A DNA stretch of 64,000 nucleotides, taken from positions 1,254,758 through 1,318,757 of the forward strand of contig CAZDOJ010000001.1 in NCBI GenBank assembly GCA_964507055.1, written 5' to 3'. Positions 31,286 to 40,102 of this stretch are shown here, in pieces; the stretch's first letter is position 1, and the number at the start of each line of letters is the position of its first letter. The stretch comes from an uncultured Gammaproteobacteria bacterium. Its GTDB lineage: Bacteria > Patescibacteriota > Microgenomatia > Levybacterales > UBA12049. A program made the translations under genes and the position numbers. The notes below the pieces were generated by a model. It did no database searches, had not been told where the DNA came from, and was given only the letters and a program-made list of their open reading frames with translations.

Positions 31286-31939
31286 TTAGTGGCAATTTGG
31301 CCAGTGGCCTTGTCCGCCTCGAGCGATCATGTATGCAGCTGTTCTGATGGCTTCTTCTGCGTTTGTTCTAAGGTCAGGATTTGGATCTAATCCCATGCGG
31401 TTTCTATTTGCACTCCATGTGCTGCTTGCAAACTGATACATGCCGAGGTACATACCACTATTATTCGAAGTAGGATTGAACCCAGACTCGCATTTTGCAA
31501 TCTTCTTTAATAATTCTTTGTCTGCTCCATATTCAGCACTGTATTTATCAAAGAGAGCTTCAAGATCAGCTGGTCCTGCAACTGGGGCTGTTGTTGCTTC
31601 AGGAGTAGGTACTGATGTTGGGGTTGGAGTTGCTGTTGGGAGTGCAATTGTTGGAGTTGGTTGTACTGCAGTTGTACTTATCCCTTGTACTTCTATAGTC
31701 GGTGATTGTGATGGTGTTGGAGTAAGATTTGAATCTGTTCTTGTAGTATTAGCAGCTGATATAGGACTTTGGATAAATACGGTAGGAGTAGGGACATTTG
31801 TGAATGGTGCGACAATTCGTACTTTGTCTGGTGCAAATTGTGCAGCTTCCTGTGCATGTGCTACAGCATGAAAGATACCTGTTGATATGCTAAATGAAAG
31901 TAAATAAAGAAGAAAGTACCCGGTCTTTTTTCTCTGCAT
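31286..31939 (-). CDS. Secreted protein with a PT-rich linker and a C-terminal transglycosylase-like (Rpf/SLT-like) domain
   Basis: Signal/TM ending ...FHAVAHAQ. ...KIAKCESGFNPTSNNSGMYLGMYQF... is the transglycosylase-like motif. Confidence 0.6.
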   Translation of the reverse strand: MQRKKTGYFLLYLLSFSISTGIFHAVAHAQEAAQFAPDKVRIVAPFTNVPTPTVFIQSPISAANTTRTDSNLTPTPSQSPTIEVQGISTTAVQPTPTIALPTATPTPTSVPTPEATTAPVAGPADLEALFDKYSAEYGADKELLKKIAKCESGFNPTSNNSGMYLGMYQFASSTWSANRNRMGLDPNPDLRTNAEEAIRTAAYMIARGGQGHWPNCH

Positions 31940-32162
31940 GTGTCTATAATAACATGATTTTGTTCAGTTCCTAATGTAAGTTATCTATGGGACTTTGTCT
32001 ATAGTGATTCTTATGCATGAGCTTTTTTGTCTTTTCGCCCAGAATCACGGCTGTGTAAAAATATGTATCAAAAGACGAGTTTTGTTATAAGACTATCGAA
32101 AAAGCTTGACAAATTTTTACTAAAGGAAGGATGGAAGGGTTTGTTATAATCAATTTATACCC

Positions 32163-32735
32163 ATGGGTACAAAATTAGAAATACTCCACTTCGCAACAGT
32201 CGCAGAATGGGAATCATGGCTCCACAAAAATCATGATAAGGTTCCTGGAATATGGATGAAATTCGCAAAAAAGGGAACTGGAATAGCTTCAATTGATCAT
32301 GATCAGGCATTACTTCCAGCACTTTGTTATGGCTGGATTGATGGACAGGCAAATAAACTTGATGAAACATTCTGGATAATGAAGTTCACTCCACGACGCC
32401 CGAAAAGCATGTGGTCCAAAAGAAACTGTAATTTTGTTACACAGCTTATTGCACAAGGGAAGATGCAATCTTCAGGACAGGCACAAATTGACGCTGCAAA
32501 GGCTGATGGACGTTGGGATGCTGCCTATGATTCACCCAAAAATATGGTCGTTCCAGAAGATTTCCTCAAAGAATTGGAAAAAGATTCAAAAGCTCTGGAG
32601 TTCTTTGAATCGCTCAGTAAAACGAACAAATATGCAATTGTTTGGAGCCTGCAAACTGCAAAGAGGCCTGAAACGAAAGTAAAAAGGATACAAAAGTTTC
32701 TAGAGATGATGAAAAAGGGTGAGAAACTTTACTAA
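32163..32735 (+). CDS. YdeI/OmpD-associated family protein
   Basis: 190 aa. ...WESWLHKNHDKVPGIWMKFAKKGTG...FTPRRPKSMWSKRN... pattern. Confidence 0.45.
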   Translation: MGTKLEILHFATVAEWESWLHKNHDKVPGIWMKFAKKGTGIASIDHDQALLPALCYGWIDGQANKLDETFWIMKFTPRRPKSMWSKRNCNFVTQLIAQGKMQSSGQAQIDAAKADGRWDAAYDSPKNMVVPEDFLKELEKDSKALEFFESLSKTNKYAIVWSLQTAKRPETKVKRIQKFLEMMKKGEKLY

Positions 32736-32752
32736 GGTGCTATAATTTATGT

Positions 32753-33178
32753 ATGAACATGTTTAAACCAACAGCTGCGAAAACTCCTCAAGAATACATT
32801 GATCTGATTGAAGAACCACGAAAAACGGAAATGGTGAAGCTGCATGAACTAATTCAAAAAACTGTGCCTGAATTCAAGCCGTACATTCTTTCTGGAATGA
32901 TCGGTTATGGCTCATTCCATTATAAAAGTAAAAGCGGTCGTGAAGGGGATTGGTCAATTATTGCCTTGGCAAGTCAGAAGAATTATATTTCAGTGTATAT
33001 TTGTGCAGTTGATGGGAAAGAGTATCTTGCTGAGAAGTACAAAAAGGAATTTCCTAAGGCTAGCATTGGGAAGAGTTGTATACGATTTAAAAAGTTAGAA
33101 GATATTAATCTTGAATTTCTTATGAAAGTTATTAAGGAAGCCGCAGCTTCTCCGGGATATGGAGATTATTATGCCTAA
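32753..33178 (+). CDS. DUF1801 domain protein
   Basis: 141 aa. ...YGSFHYKSKSGREGDW... resembles DUF1801. Confidence 0.4.
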   Translation: MNMFKPTAAKTPQEYIDLIEEPRKTEMVKLHELIQKTVPEFKPYILSGMIGYGSFHYKSKSGREGDWSIIALASQKNYISVYICAVDGKEYLAEKYKKEFPKASIGKSCIRFKKLEDINLEFLMKVIKEAAASPGYGDYYA

Positions 33179-33434
33179 ACAATGTACGCATCAAAACGAA
33201 ATTAAAGTAACTGAACCAAAGACTAATGGATGTGAGGAATGTCTAAAATCAGGCGATACATGGGTTTCTCTCCGCATGTGTCTAACATGTGGTCATGTGG
33301 GCTGTTGTAACGATTCCAAGAATAAACACGCTAGTAAACATTACTTAATCACAAATCATCCACTTATGAAGTCTGTGACGCCTGGTGAAGAGTTTGTTTG
33401 GTGTTATGTTGATGAAATGTATTTGGCAGAATAG
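33171..33434 (+). CDS. zf-UBP-type zinc-finger protein. The ORF-track start at 33159 overlaps the upstream gene.
   Basis: CxxC...WVSLRMCLTCGHVGCC...H..H Cys/His pattern typical of the UBP-type zinc finger. Confidence 0.45.
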   Translation: MPKQCTHQNEIKVTEPKTNGCEECLKSGDTWVSLRMCLTCGHVGCCNDSKNKHASKHYLITNHPLMKSVTPGEEFVWCYVDEMYLAE

Positions 33435-33437
33435 TTA

Positions 33438-33983
33438 TTACTTCTTGTCTGGCACAAAATAGAGTGCCACTGAATTCATACAATATCTTTTTCCAGTAGG
33501 TTGGGGACCGTCCTCAAAGACATGCCCCAAGTGTCCTCCACACTTATCTAGTACTTCAATTCGTTTTTCTCCCAAGCTAGTATCTTCGCGGAGAACAAGT
33601 GCATCCTTTGTAATTGGTTCGTAAAAGCTTGGCCAACCTGTGCCTGATTCATATTTCGTTTCGGATCGAAAAACAGGCTCATTACAGCCTACGCTGTAGT
33701 ACGTTCCTTTCCGTTTTTCACCGAGTAGTTTTCCTGTGTAGGGAGTTTCCGTACCTTGTTGGCGAAGTATATTGAATTGTTCAGGTGACAAAATCTTTTT
33801 CCATTCTTCATCAGATTTTATTTTGGATTGATCAAATGCACCGGAGATAATTGGAGCTTCTGATGAAGCAGGTGGTGGCGGAACGATTTGGTCGAAGAGA
33901 TTATTATTGAATAACATCAAACCAGCTCCAAGTATGAGTCCAATGATCAGGATAGCTGCGAAAAATTTATTGCCGATTCTCAT
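33438..33983 (-). CDS. msrB: Peptide methionine-(R)-S-oxide reductase MsrB, membrane-anchored
   Basis: ...GTGWPSF..., ...[10 protein letters not shown]..., ...RYCMNSVAL... (SelR signature). N-terminal TM helix. Confidence 0.85.
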   Translation of the reverse strand: MRIGNKFFAAILIIGLILGAGLMLFNNNLFDQIVPPPPASSEAPIISGAFDQSKIKSDEEWKKILSPEQFNILRQQGTETPYTGKLLGEKRKGTYYSVGCNEPVFRSETKYESGTGWPSFYEPITKDALVLREDTSLGEKRIEVLDKCGGHLGHVFEDGPQPTGKRYCMNSVALYFVPDKK

Positions 33984-34032
33984 GGGGAATTATTACTATA
34001 AGTATATGGAATTGGTCTATAATTAACAAGTT

Positions 34033-35076
34033 ATGAGGTTCTGGACGACATTTACTCCCGGAAAGGTGAGTTGGGAATTAACGATGGTTATGACGCAAGG
34101 AAAAGGCGGAGATAGTCGTTGGATGTCCCATTTGGATTTGATTGAATCGAGTTTGAAAAGGCTTAAAGCAGCTGGCATCGAAGGAATCCGTTTGGTTATC
34201 TATCCCTATGAACTTTCTGAGGATGGGAAGAAATTTGACTGGAAACCACTTGAAACCATGCTTGATCTCTGCAAAAAAACAAAAATCGAAGTCGAATGGT
34301 GTGTCGGTCCTTTCCAGTATCCAAACTACCCAGGTATTTATTTCCCTCAGCCACTACTCAGGCATGTTTTTAATAATACAAGAAGTTTGGATACGACGCC
34401 TCCATTAAAGGAATTCGGTGATATGTTCCTTGAGAAACAAATGTTGCGGTATGGGGAGGATGATCGAATCCGTGGGTTCCACTTTGCCAATGAATGGCCA
34501 GATATGCAACGGGTGCATGGCAAAGAAAGTGTACGGACTGGTATTTCAGCTGCGTACATGATTGCGACAGCGAAACACTTAAAAGAGCAGACTGACAAAC
34601 AAATCTCCTTCAATACCAATATCGATGCGTCAGATAAAAGAAAGCTGCAGAGTAGTTTTGGTGAATTGTTCACACTTCTGGAGGATAGAGTTCGTCTCGG
34701 ATTTGATGTCTATCCTTCTCAGGAAACCTGGCGGAAAGCATTTCTGCAAAAACTTCGAAGACTATTTGAACCATATCAAAAATCGTTCCTGTGGTGTGAT
34801 AAACGATTTCCGCTTTGTGAGATGTTTTTCTGTGAAGTTGAAGCACAGCCATGGGGGAATGGGTGGTCGTGGTATCGGATTATCCATGCTGCAGAGAATC
34901 CTCAAGATATGATTATTCAGTATTCACGAAACTCGTTACCAAATACGATGAGGAAATTCATCAAGCCGACCAAGGCAAACGAGGTAAGTCTTTGGGGATC
35001 GGATTTCTGGTTGGCCGCGGATTTGATGGGAATTACATGGCCTTTGGAGCAAGTAAAATCTTTTACTAAGCAATAA
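34033..35076 (+). CDS. Hypothetical protein, possibly a TIM-barrel glycoside-hydrolase-like fold
   Basis: 347-aa ORF with Trp/aromatic-rich conserved-looking blocks. I recognise no definitive motif. Confidence 0.4.
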   Translation: MRFWTTFTPGKVSWELTMVMTQGKGGDSRWMSHLDLIESSLKRLKAAGIEGIRLVIYPYELSEDGKKFDWKPLETMLDLCKKTKIEVEWCVGPFQYPNYPGIYFPQPLLRHVFNNTRSLDTTPPLKEFGDMFLEKQMLRYGEDDRIRGFHFANEWPDMQRVHGKESVRTGISAAYMIATAKHLKEQTDKQISFNTNIDASDKRKLQSSFGELFTLLEDRVRLGFDVYPSQETWRKAFLQKLRRLFEPYQKSFLWCDKRFPLCEMFFCEVEAQPWGNGWSWYRIIHAAENPQDMIIQYSRNSLPNTMRKFIKPTKANEVSLWGSDFWLAADLMGITWPLEQVKSFTKQ

Positions 35077-36100
35077 ACCGTTTAACTGGTGTCTTTTGGA
35101 GGGTTACGATAATACTCATGCTCACAGCCAACACAATAATTGCAACGATCACTATCTTTAATGCATAGGGTACATGCATTGTCAGCTGTGGAAAAGGCAG
35201 TATATTTAAAATAAGTCCATGAACAAGATATATTCCCAGGCTTGCATTACTTACTGTCGCAACAATTTTTACAACCCTTTTGTTCAATGTTGATTCGATT
35301 TTTTTACAAATTGATTTGATGAGGAGAAAAGCACAAATTGAAGCCGCAATTGCAAAGAACGAGAGGTTGCTCCAGAAATAGGTTTGTAGATCAGGTCTGT
35401 TAAATGCATATGCAAGAAACGTCCCGATGCTATTTCCCATAAAGCACCCAACAAGTAAAAGGGTAAGTTGTTTGGCCTTGAGAAGAGGTTTTTGTAAATG
35501 TAGAAGCACATAACCCAAGATAAAATATCCAAGATGTTCAAAAACAAATGGATTAGGGATTATAAAATCGGGAGACACTAATTTCATGCAAAGGGGGAAC
35601 ACAGAATAAATCATGAACCAAAGTATTAAGGCGTACATGACATCCTTATTCGTGGCCCTTTGTATCCACAATCGAAGCATTGGAGTAAGTAGGTACAAAC
35701 CAGAGATCATAGGCATAAACCAAAAATAAGAGAAAGAAAGCTCATGTGTCTGCTGAGCAAAGTCAGAGAGAGATTGTATTTTATTTGTTGCAATAAACCA
35801 AAGGAGATATATAACTGTCCAAAAAATCCATGGCATGAGGATGCGGCTAATGCGTTTTTTGAAAAAAGTCCTGTACGATTCTAATTTGCCCAATAATAAG
35901 GCACCGCTTGCCATGATAAAAAGAGGCACGCAAATACGCGTGATCGAGTCGTAGAATACAAGAATGATCCAATCAAGACGGTTGGTGGTGGGCAGTTGTG
36001 GTGTACTTGCACTGTGAATAAAAATAACGAGAAAAATCGCAATAATTTTTACACTATCAAGCCAAAAAATTCGATCTATTTGTGGAGAATCAACTTTCAT
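35066..36100 (-). CDS. Acyltransferase family 3 (OatA/OafA-like) integral membrane protein
   Basis: About 10 predicted TM helices. N-terminus ...FWLDSVKIIAIFLVIFIHS... is typical of Acyl_transf_3. Confidence 0.6.
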   Translation of the reverse strand: MKVDSPQIDRIFWLDSVKIIAIFLVIFIHSASTPQLPTTNRLDWIILVFYDSITRICVPLFIMASGALLLGKLESYRTFFKKRISRILMPWIFWTVIYLLWFIATNKIQSLSDFAQQTHELSFSYFWFMPMISGLYLLTPMLRLWIQRATNKDVMYALILWFMIYSVFPLCMKLVSPDFIIPNPFVFEHLGYFILGYVLLHLQKPLLKAKQLTLLLVGCFMGNSIGTFLAYAFNRPDLQTYFWSNLSFFAIAASICAFLLIKSICKKIESTLNKRVVKIVATVSNASLGIYLVHGLILNILPFPQLTMHVPYALKIVIVAIIVLAVSMSIIVTLQKTPVKRFIA

Positions 36101-36169
36101 AAGATGAGCATACTGCAGTAGTACATTGCATTACAACTGTTTGTACATCCTTCTGCTATACTTTTATTT

Positions 36170-36943
36170 ATGGAATACTTTCATGCATTAATCCTTGCTG
36201 TCGTTGAGGGGATTACTGAATTCCTGCCTGTTTCTTCAACAGGGCATCTCGTTTTAGCTGCCAAACTACTTAATATTCCACAGACGGAGTTCGTTAAAAG
36301 CTTCGAAATTATTATCCAACTAGGATCAATCCTCGCAATAATCTTTCTTTACTGGAAGAAACTTTTTGTGCAGCGAACAGTATGGAAGCCTATCTTAATT
36401 GCATATCTTCCGACAGCTATTCTTGGATTTACCTTATATAAGCTTATTAAAGGATATTTAATAGGCAATGAATTGATCACTGTAATTGCACTTCTGATTG
36501 GCGGTATAGTGTTAATTATAATTGAACTTTTTCATAAAGAGGATAAAAACAGTATAGAAAATATTGAGGACATTCCTGTGAAGACGGCAATTGGTATTGG
36601 ATTTGCTCAATCACTTGCTATGGTCCCTGGTGTTTCCCGTTCTGCTGCAACTATCATTGGGGGATTGCTCCTGAAGTTAAAGCGTAAAACGGCAGTCGAG
36701 TTTTCTTTTCTCTTAGCCGTGCCTACAATGATCTCTGCTACAGGCTTGGATTTGATTGAAACTCGTTTTTCATTTACACCGTATGAATACTCAGTCTTGG
36801 CTGTAGGTTTTCTTGGTGCATTCTTTGTAGCGATCTTTACTGTGAAGTTTGTGCTCAAATATATTGAGCGAAACAACTTTATCCCTTTTGGTATCTATCG
36901 TATTATCGTGGCTATATTATTCTTTTTATTCGTTCTTCATTAA
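36170..36943 (+). CDS. uppP: Undecaprenyl-diphosphatase
   Basis: ...LAVVEGITEFLPVSSTGHL... and ...PGVSRSAATI... are UppP/BacA motifs. Confidence 0.85.
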   Translation: MEYFHALILAVVEGITEFLPVSSTGHLVLAAKLLNIPQTEFVKSFEIIIQLGSILAIIFLYWKKLFVQRTVWKPILIAYLPTAILGFTLYKLIKGYLIGNELITVIALLIGGIVLIIIELFHKEDKNSIENIEDIPVKTAIGIGFAQSLAMVPGVSRSAATIIGGLLLKLKRKTAVEFSFLLAVPTMISATGLDLIETRFSFTPYEYSVLAVGFLGAFFVAIFTVKFVLKYIERNNFIPFGIYRIIVAILFFLFVLH

Positions 36944-37290
36944 AAGAACACTTCCCACCATCTCTGGTAATTGGGACGTATATCAATAGGAGGAGGTGAA
37001 GCTGTTTTTGTCGCTAGCACACGTGTTGTTGGTATAACTACTATCCCTTCTCCAGGTTTGGCAAGCAAGAGTTTATCTCGAGCTTCAGATTCTACGAATT
37101 CAGGCTTGCTCACTTTGGCGAGATCTTTGCGTAATTCTTGATTGTCAGTTTTTGCTTTATCCAAATCTTGCTGTGCTTTTATGATCAGATCTTGCTTCTG
37201 CCACGTAGTATAAATTGAGTGTCCAAGATTATTAATTGTGAGAAGTAGGGCACCAATGATAATAAAAAAAGCTATTTTTTTATATCCCAT
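36940..37290 (-). CDS. Septum-formation initiator-like (FtsB/DivIC-like) protein
   Basis: 116 aa with an N-terminal TM helix and a coiled coil (...QQDLDKAKTDNQELRKDLAKV...). Confidence 0.4.
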   Translation of the reverse strand: MGYKKIAFFIIIGALLLTINNLGHSIYTTWQKQDLIIKAQQDLDKAKTDNQELRKDLAKVSKPEFVESEARDKLLLAKPGEGIVVIPTTRVLATKTASPPPIDIRPNYQRWWEVFF

Positions 37291-37391
37291 TATGTTTTAT
37301 AATATAATCTCTTTGGCAGGGGTTTGCAACGTCTCATAAACTTCTGCTTGTACTTTATGCAGTTTTATGATATTATGGGACTTACAATTAT

Positions 37392-38252
37392 ATGAAAGAG
37401 ATAAAAATTAAAGAAGCACACCAGGAATTTGTCGATTTTTTGCGAGGCAAGAAGCACTCGAGTGCTACCGTGCTTGCATATGGAAAAGACATTGATCAGC
37501 TTACACAGTTCCTTGGTGAGCTCGAAAAAGAACACATCCACGATGTTAGTAAAGATGACATTCAGGCTTTTTTGGCTGCACTTGCAGAAAAAGGCTACAC
37601 TCCAAAGTCATTGTCACGTAAATTGAACTCAACACGCACGTTTTATCGTTTCTTAAAAGTGAATGAATATGTTTCAGATGATCCATCACTTTTAGTATCA
37701 CATCCACAATACGAATTAGCAGCTCCACGTATTTTGAAACCAACTGAATACCGAGCTCTTCGCGATGCAGCTCGAAATGATGCTCGCATGTATGCAATCA
37801 TCGAATTATTACTCCAAACAGGAATCCGAATAGGGGAATTAGCAGACATCAGAACAGCTGATGTTCAAGGAGATAATATTAATATCCGACCTCACGAAAA
37901 GCATGAAGAAAGAGTTGTTCCATTGAATAAGTCAGCAAAAGAAGCATTGAGTAGATATCTCTCAATCCGTCCACAAATCGAAGATGATCATGTTTTCGTA
38001 ACAAAATCAGGCAAACCTTTCTTAGTTCGTAACATCAGAACAGCAATTGAACGATACTTCAGAATTGCTGGTATCGAAAACGCAAAGGTAAATGACCTTC
38101 GACATACATTTGTTGCTCACCATTTAAAGCATGGAGTTTCACTCGTATTACTCTCAAAGATTCTCGGACACAAGAGACTTTCTACAACAGAACGATATCT
38201 CAATTACGTTCAAGATCGAGCAAAAGACACAACAACCCTCAGTGAACTCTAA
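37392..38252 (+). CDS. Tyrosine site-specific recombinase, XerC/XerD family
   Basis: SAM-like N domain. C-terminal ...LRHTFVAHHL..GVSLVLLSKILGHKRLSTTERY... (R..HxxR..Y catalytic residues). Confidence 0.8.
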   Translation: MKEIKIKEAHQEFVDFLRGKKHSSATVLAYGKDIDQLTQFLGELEKEHIHDVSKDDIQAFLAALAEKGYTPKSLSRKLNSTRTFYRFLKVNEYVSDDPSLLVSHPQYELAAPRILKPTEYRALRDAARNDARMYAIIELLLQTGIRIGELADIRTADVQGDNINIRPHEKHEERVVPLNKSAKEALSRYLSIRPQIEDDHVFVTKSGKPFLVRNIRTAIERYFRIAGIENAKVNDLRHTFVAHHLKHGVSLVLLSKILGHKRLSTTERYLNYVQDRAKDTTTLSEL

Positions 38253-38327
38253 ATAGCAGCAGAACTTCTTTATTCTTTTCTTGTACAAATTTTTCGAAGG
38301 AAATTGTAGCTTTCGTGGTACTTTCTG

Positions 38328-38400
38328 TGGGCCAGGAAGGACTCGAACCTTCGACAAGGAGTGTATAAGACGCCTGTTCTAGCCGCTGAACTACTGGCCC
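38328..38400 (-). tRNA. tRNA-Ile with anticodon UAU (reads AUA)
   Basis: 73-nt cloverleaf. Acceptor GGGCCAG/CTGGCCC. D arm GTTC-AGCGGCTA-GAAC. Anticodon loop CTTATAC with U33 and A37. T arm GAAGG-TTCGAGT-CCTTC. One C:T mismatch in the anticodon stem. CCA is not encoded. Confidence 0.65.
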
Positions 38401-38435
38401 TTGATAGGAAGTATTATAACACTAAAGATTTGCTC

Positions 38436-38780
38436 CTACCACAGTTCTGTAAAGATTCCTTTGCAGATCAATTCTTGCTCTCGTAGTAAGGTAATATTCT
38501 CAATTTTAAAACCCAATCCACGGGTTAATGCTTTGAACAACGGTGGGGGAATATTTCGGCTGCATGCTCGCCATTCAGCAATATGCTGAGCGTATTGTGA
38601 AGTCATGAACTCTGCGATAACTTGCAGTATATCTATGGCCTGGATTTCTCCATCGGGAGTTAAAGTGAAAAGTTTCGCACTATGGTAATACAGGAGTTTC
38701 CAATCAGTACCATCAGATTCATAAATACGAAAAATAGTTTCTGTGCTATCAATAAAAATAATACCATATCTATGCCTCAT
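38436..38780 (-). CDS. Hypothetical protein, 114 aa
   Basis: ORF with a plausible start that sits between the tRNA and the HTH regulator. Confidence 0.35.
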   Translation of the reverse strand: MRHRYGIIFIDSTETIFRIYESDGTDWKLLYYHSAKLFTLTPDGEIQAIDILQVIAEFMTSQYAQHIAEWRACSRNIPPPLFKALTRGLGFKIENITLLREQELICKGIFTELW

Positions 38781-38821
38781 ATGTATAATAATATGAGAGT
38801 ATGGTATACTAAGTCAAGAGG

Positions 38822-39142
38822 TTATTTACCAGCTTTCTTGAGAAGTTTTTTCACTTCAAGAAGCTCTCGTTCGATAATTAGAAGTTTACTTGTGATTGTC
38901 GCATCATCAGTATTTTCTTGGGTAAAGTAACTAATTGGACGTTCGGTTGCGTCTGCAATCTTTTTTAATTTTGCGAAGGGAGGAGTGCTTCGCCCTTGTT
39001 CGTAGCTTGAAACAGACTTGTCAGAAACACCAATACTTTTACCAAGTGCTGATTGGGAGAGGCGTGCTTCTTGTCGAGCTGTTCTAATTCTTTGAGAGAG
39101 CTCATTGAGTGCTTCTTGTTTGGACGGATCGGATCTGTTCAT
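38822..39142 (-). CDS. XRE-family HTH transcriptional regulator
   Basis: ...RQEARLSQSALGKSIGVSDKSVSSYEQGRSTP... HTH_3 pattern. Confidence 0.65.
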   Translation of the reverse strand: MNRSDPSKQEALNELSQRIRTARQEARLSQSALGKSIGVSDKSVSSYEQGRSTPPFAKLKKIADATERPISYFTQENTDDATITSKLLIIERELLEVKKLLKKAGK

Positions 39143-39160
39143 GGAGCATATTATACAACA

Positions 39161-39853
39161 ACTATGGTACCAAAAAGCAAGCTCAACATTAAAGATATGC
39201 CGTTTTCTTCTCGTCCAAGGGAGAAATTGGAAATTTATGGGCGTGCAAATCTATCAGATGTAGAGATAGTTGCGATACTTTTGGGAAGTGGATCTGCGAA
39301 AGAAAATGTTTTAAAACTAAGTAAAACGCTTTTGCAAAAGCATCCATTGCAAAGTTTTGAACATATTACTGCAGAAAGGCTTACAAAATTTCCTGGCATT
39401 GGTTTTTCTAAGGCGTCAACTGTTCTTGCAGCGATTGAGTTAGGAGAAAGGATATATTCACAGAGTTTGCTCAACAAAGTACTTATACGGTCAACTGAGG
39501 ACGCAATAGAGCAATTAAAAGAGTATACCCAAAAGAGACAAGAATATCTCATTGCCCTTTATTTAAATGCTAGACATGAACTGCTTCAGAAAGAAGTTAT
39601 TGGGATAGGTAGTTTAAATTCCATGGTTATTACTCCTAAAGAAATTTTTAGTCCTGCTTTGGCATCACCTTGTGCTTCAATCATTATTTCTCACAATCAT
39701 CCATCAGGTGACGCACATCCTTCGGATGATGATATCAAGTTCACGCAACGAGTGCATGAAGCAGGGGAGATATTGGGAATACCACTTGTGGATCATATTA
39801 TTGTAGCTAAATCGAGTTATTTTTCTTTTCGGGAGAATAAAGTGAGGAAATAA
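39161..39853 (+). CDS. radC: RadC-like JAB/MPN domain protein (UPF0758)
   Basis: ...KDMPFSSRPREKLEIYG...LSDVEIVAILLGSGS... and JAMM motif ...SHNHPSGDAHPSDDDIKFT... The start at 39161 is chosen over the ORF-track 39053. Confidence 0.75.
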   Translation, partial: TMVPKSKLNIKDMPFSSRPREKLEIYGRANLSDVEIVAILLGSGSAKENVLKLSKTLLQKHPLQSFEHITAERLTKFPGIGFSKASTVLAAIELGERIYSQSLLNKVLIRSTEDAIEQLKEYTQKRQEYLIALYLNARHELLQKEVIGIGSLNSMVITPKEIFSPALASPCASIIISHNHPSGDAHPSDDDIKFTQRVHEAGEILGIPLVDHIIVAKSSYFSFRENKVRK

Positions 39854-39860
39854 TACTTTG

Positions 39861-39929
39861 TTGCGGAGCTAGGAGTTGAACCTAGCCTGTGAGATTATGA
39901 GCCTCACGTGCACCGTACACTACCCCGCG
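39861..39929 (-). tRNA. Initiator tRNA-fMet (CAU)
   Basis: 5' CGCGGGG with a C1:A72 mismatch to the 3' strand CTCCGCA. Anticodon loop CTCATAA. T arm CTAGG-TTCAACT-CCTAG. Unusually short D-loop (5 nt) and a 4-nt variable loop, 69 nt in total. CCA is not encoded. Confidence 0.7.
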
Positions 39930-39995
39930 TATAGGCTATAAGTATACCATTTGCTTTAGCCTTGGTCAAATTGCTATAATCTGGAGGTCTATAAC

Positions 39996-40069
39996 GCCAG
40001 GGTAGCTCAGCTGGTTAGAGCACAGGATTCATAAACCTGAGGTCGTGGGTTCGATCCCCACTCCTGGTA
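39996..40069 (+). tRNA. tRNA with a CAU anticodon: either elongator Met or lysidine-dependent Ile2. The sequence alone cannot tell them apart.
   Basis: GCCAGGG-TA-GCTC-AGCTGGTTA-GAGC-A-CAGGA-TTCATAA-ACCTG-AGGTC-GTGGG-TTCGATC-CCCAC-TCCTGGT-A. 74 nt. One A:A mismatch in the anticodon stem. Confidence 0.7.
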
Positions 40070-40102
40070 CTAATTAGAAGTACAGTTAGAGACAACTTCA
40101 TT

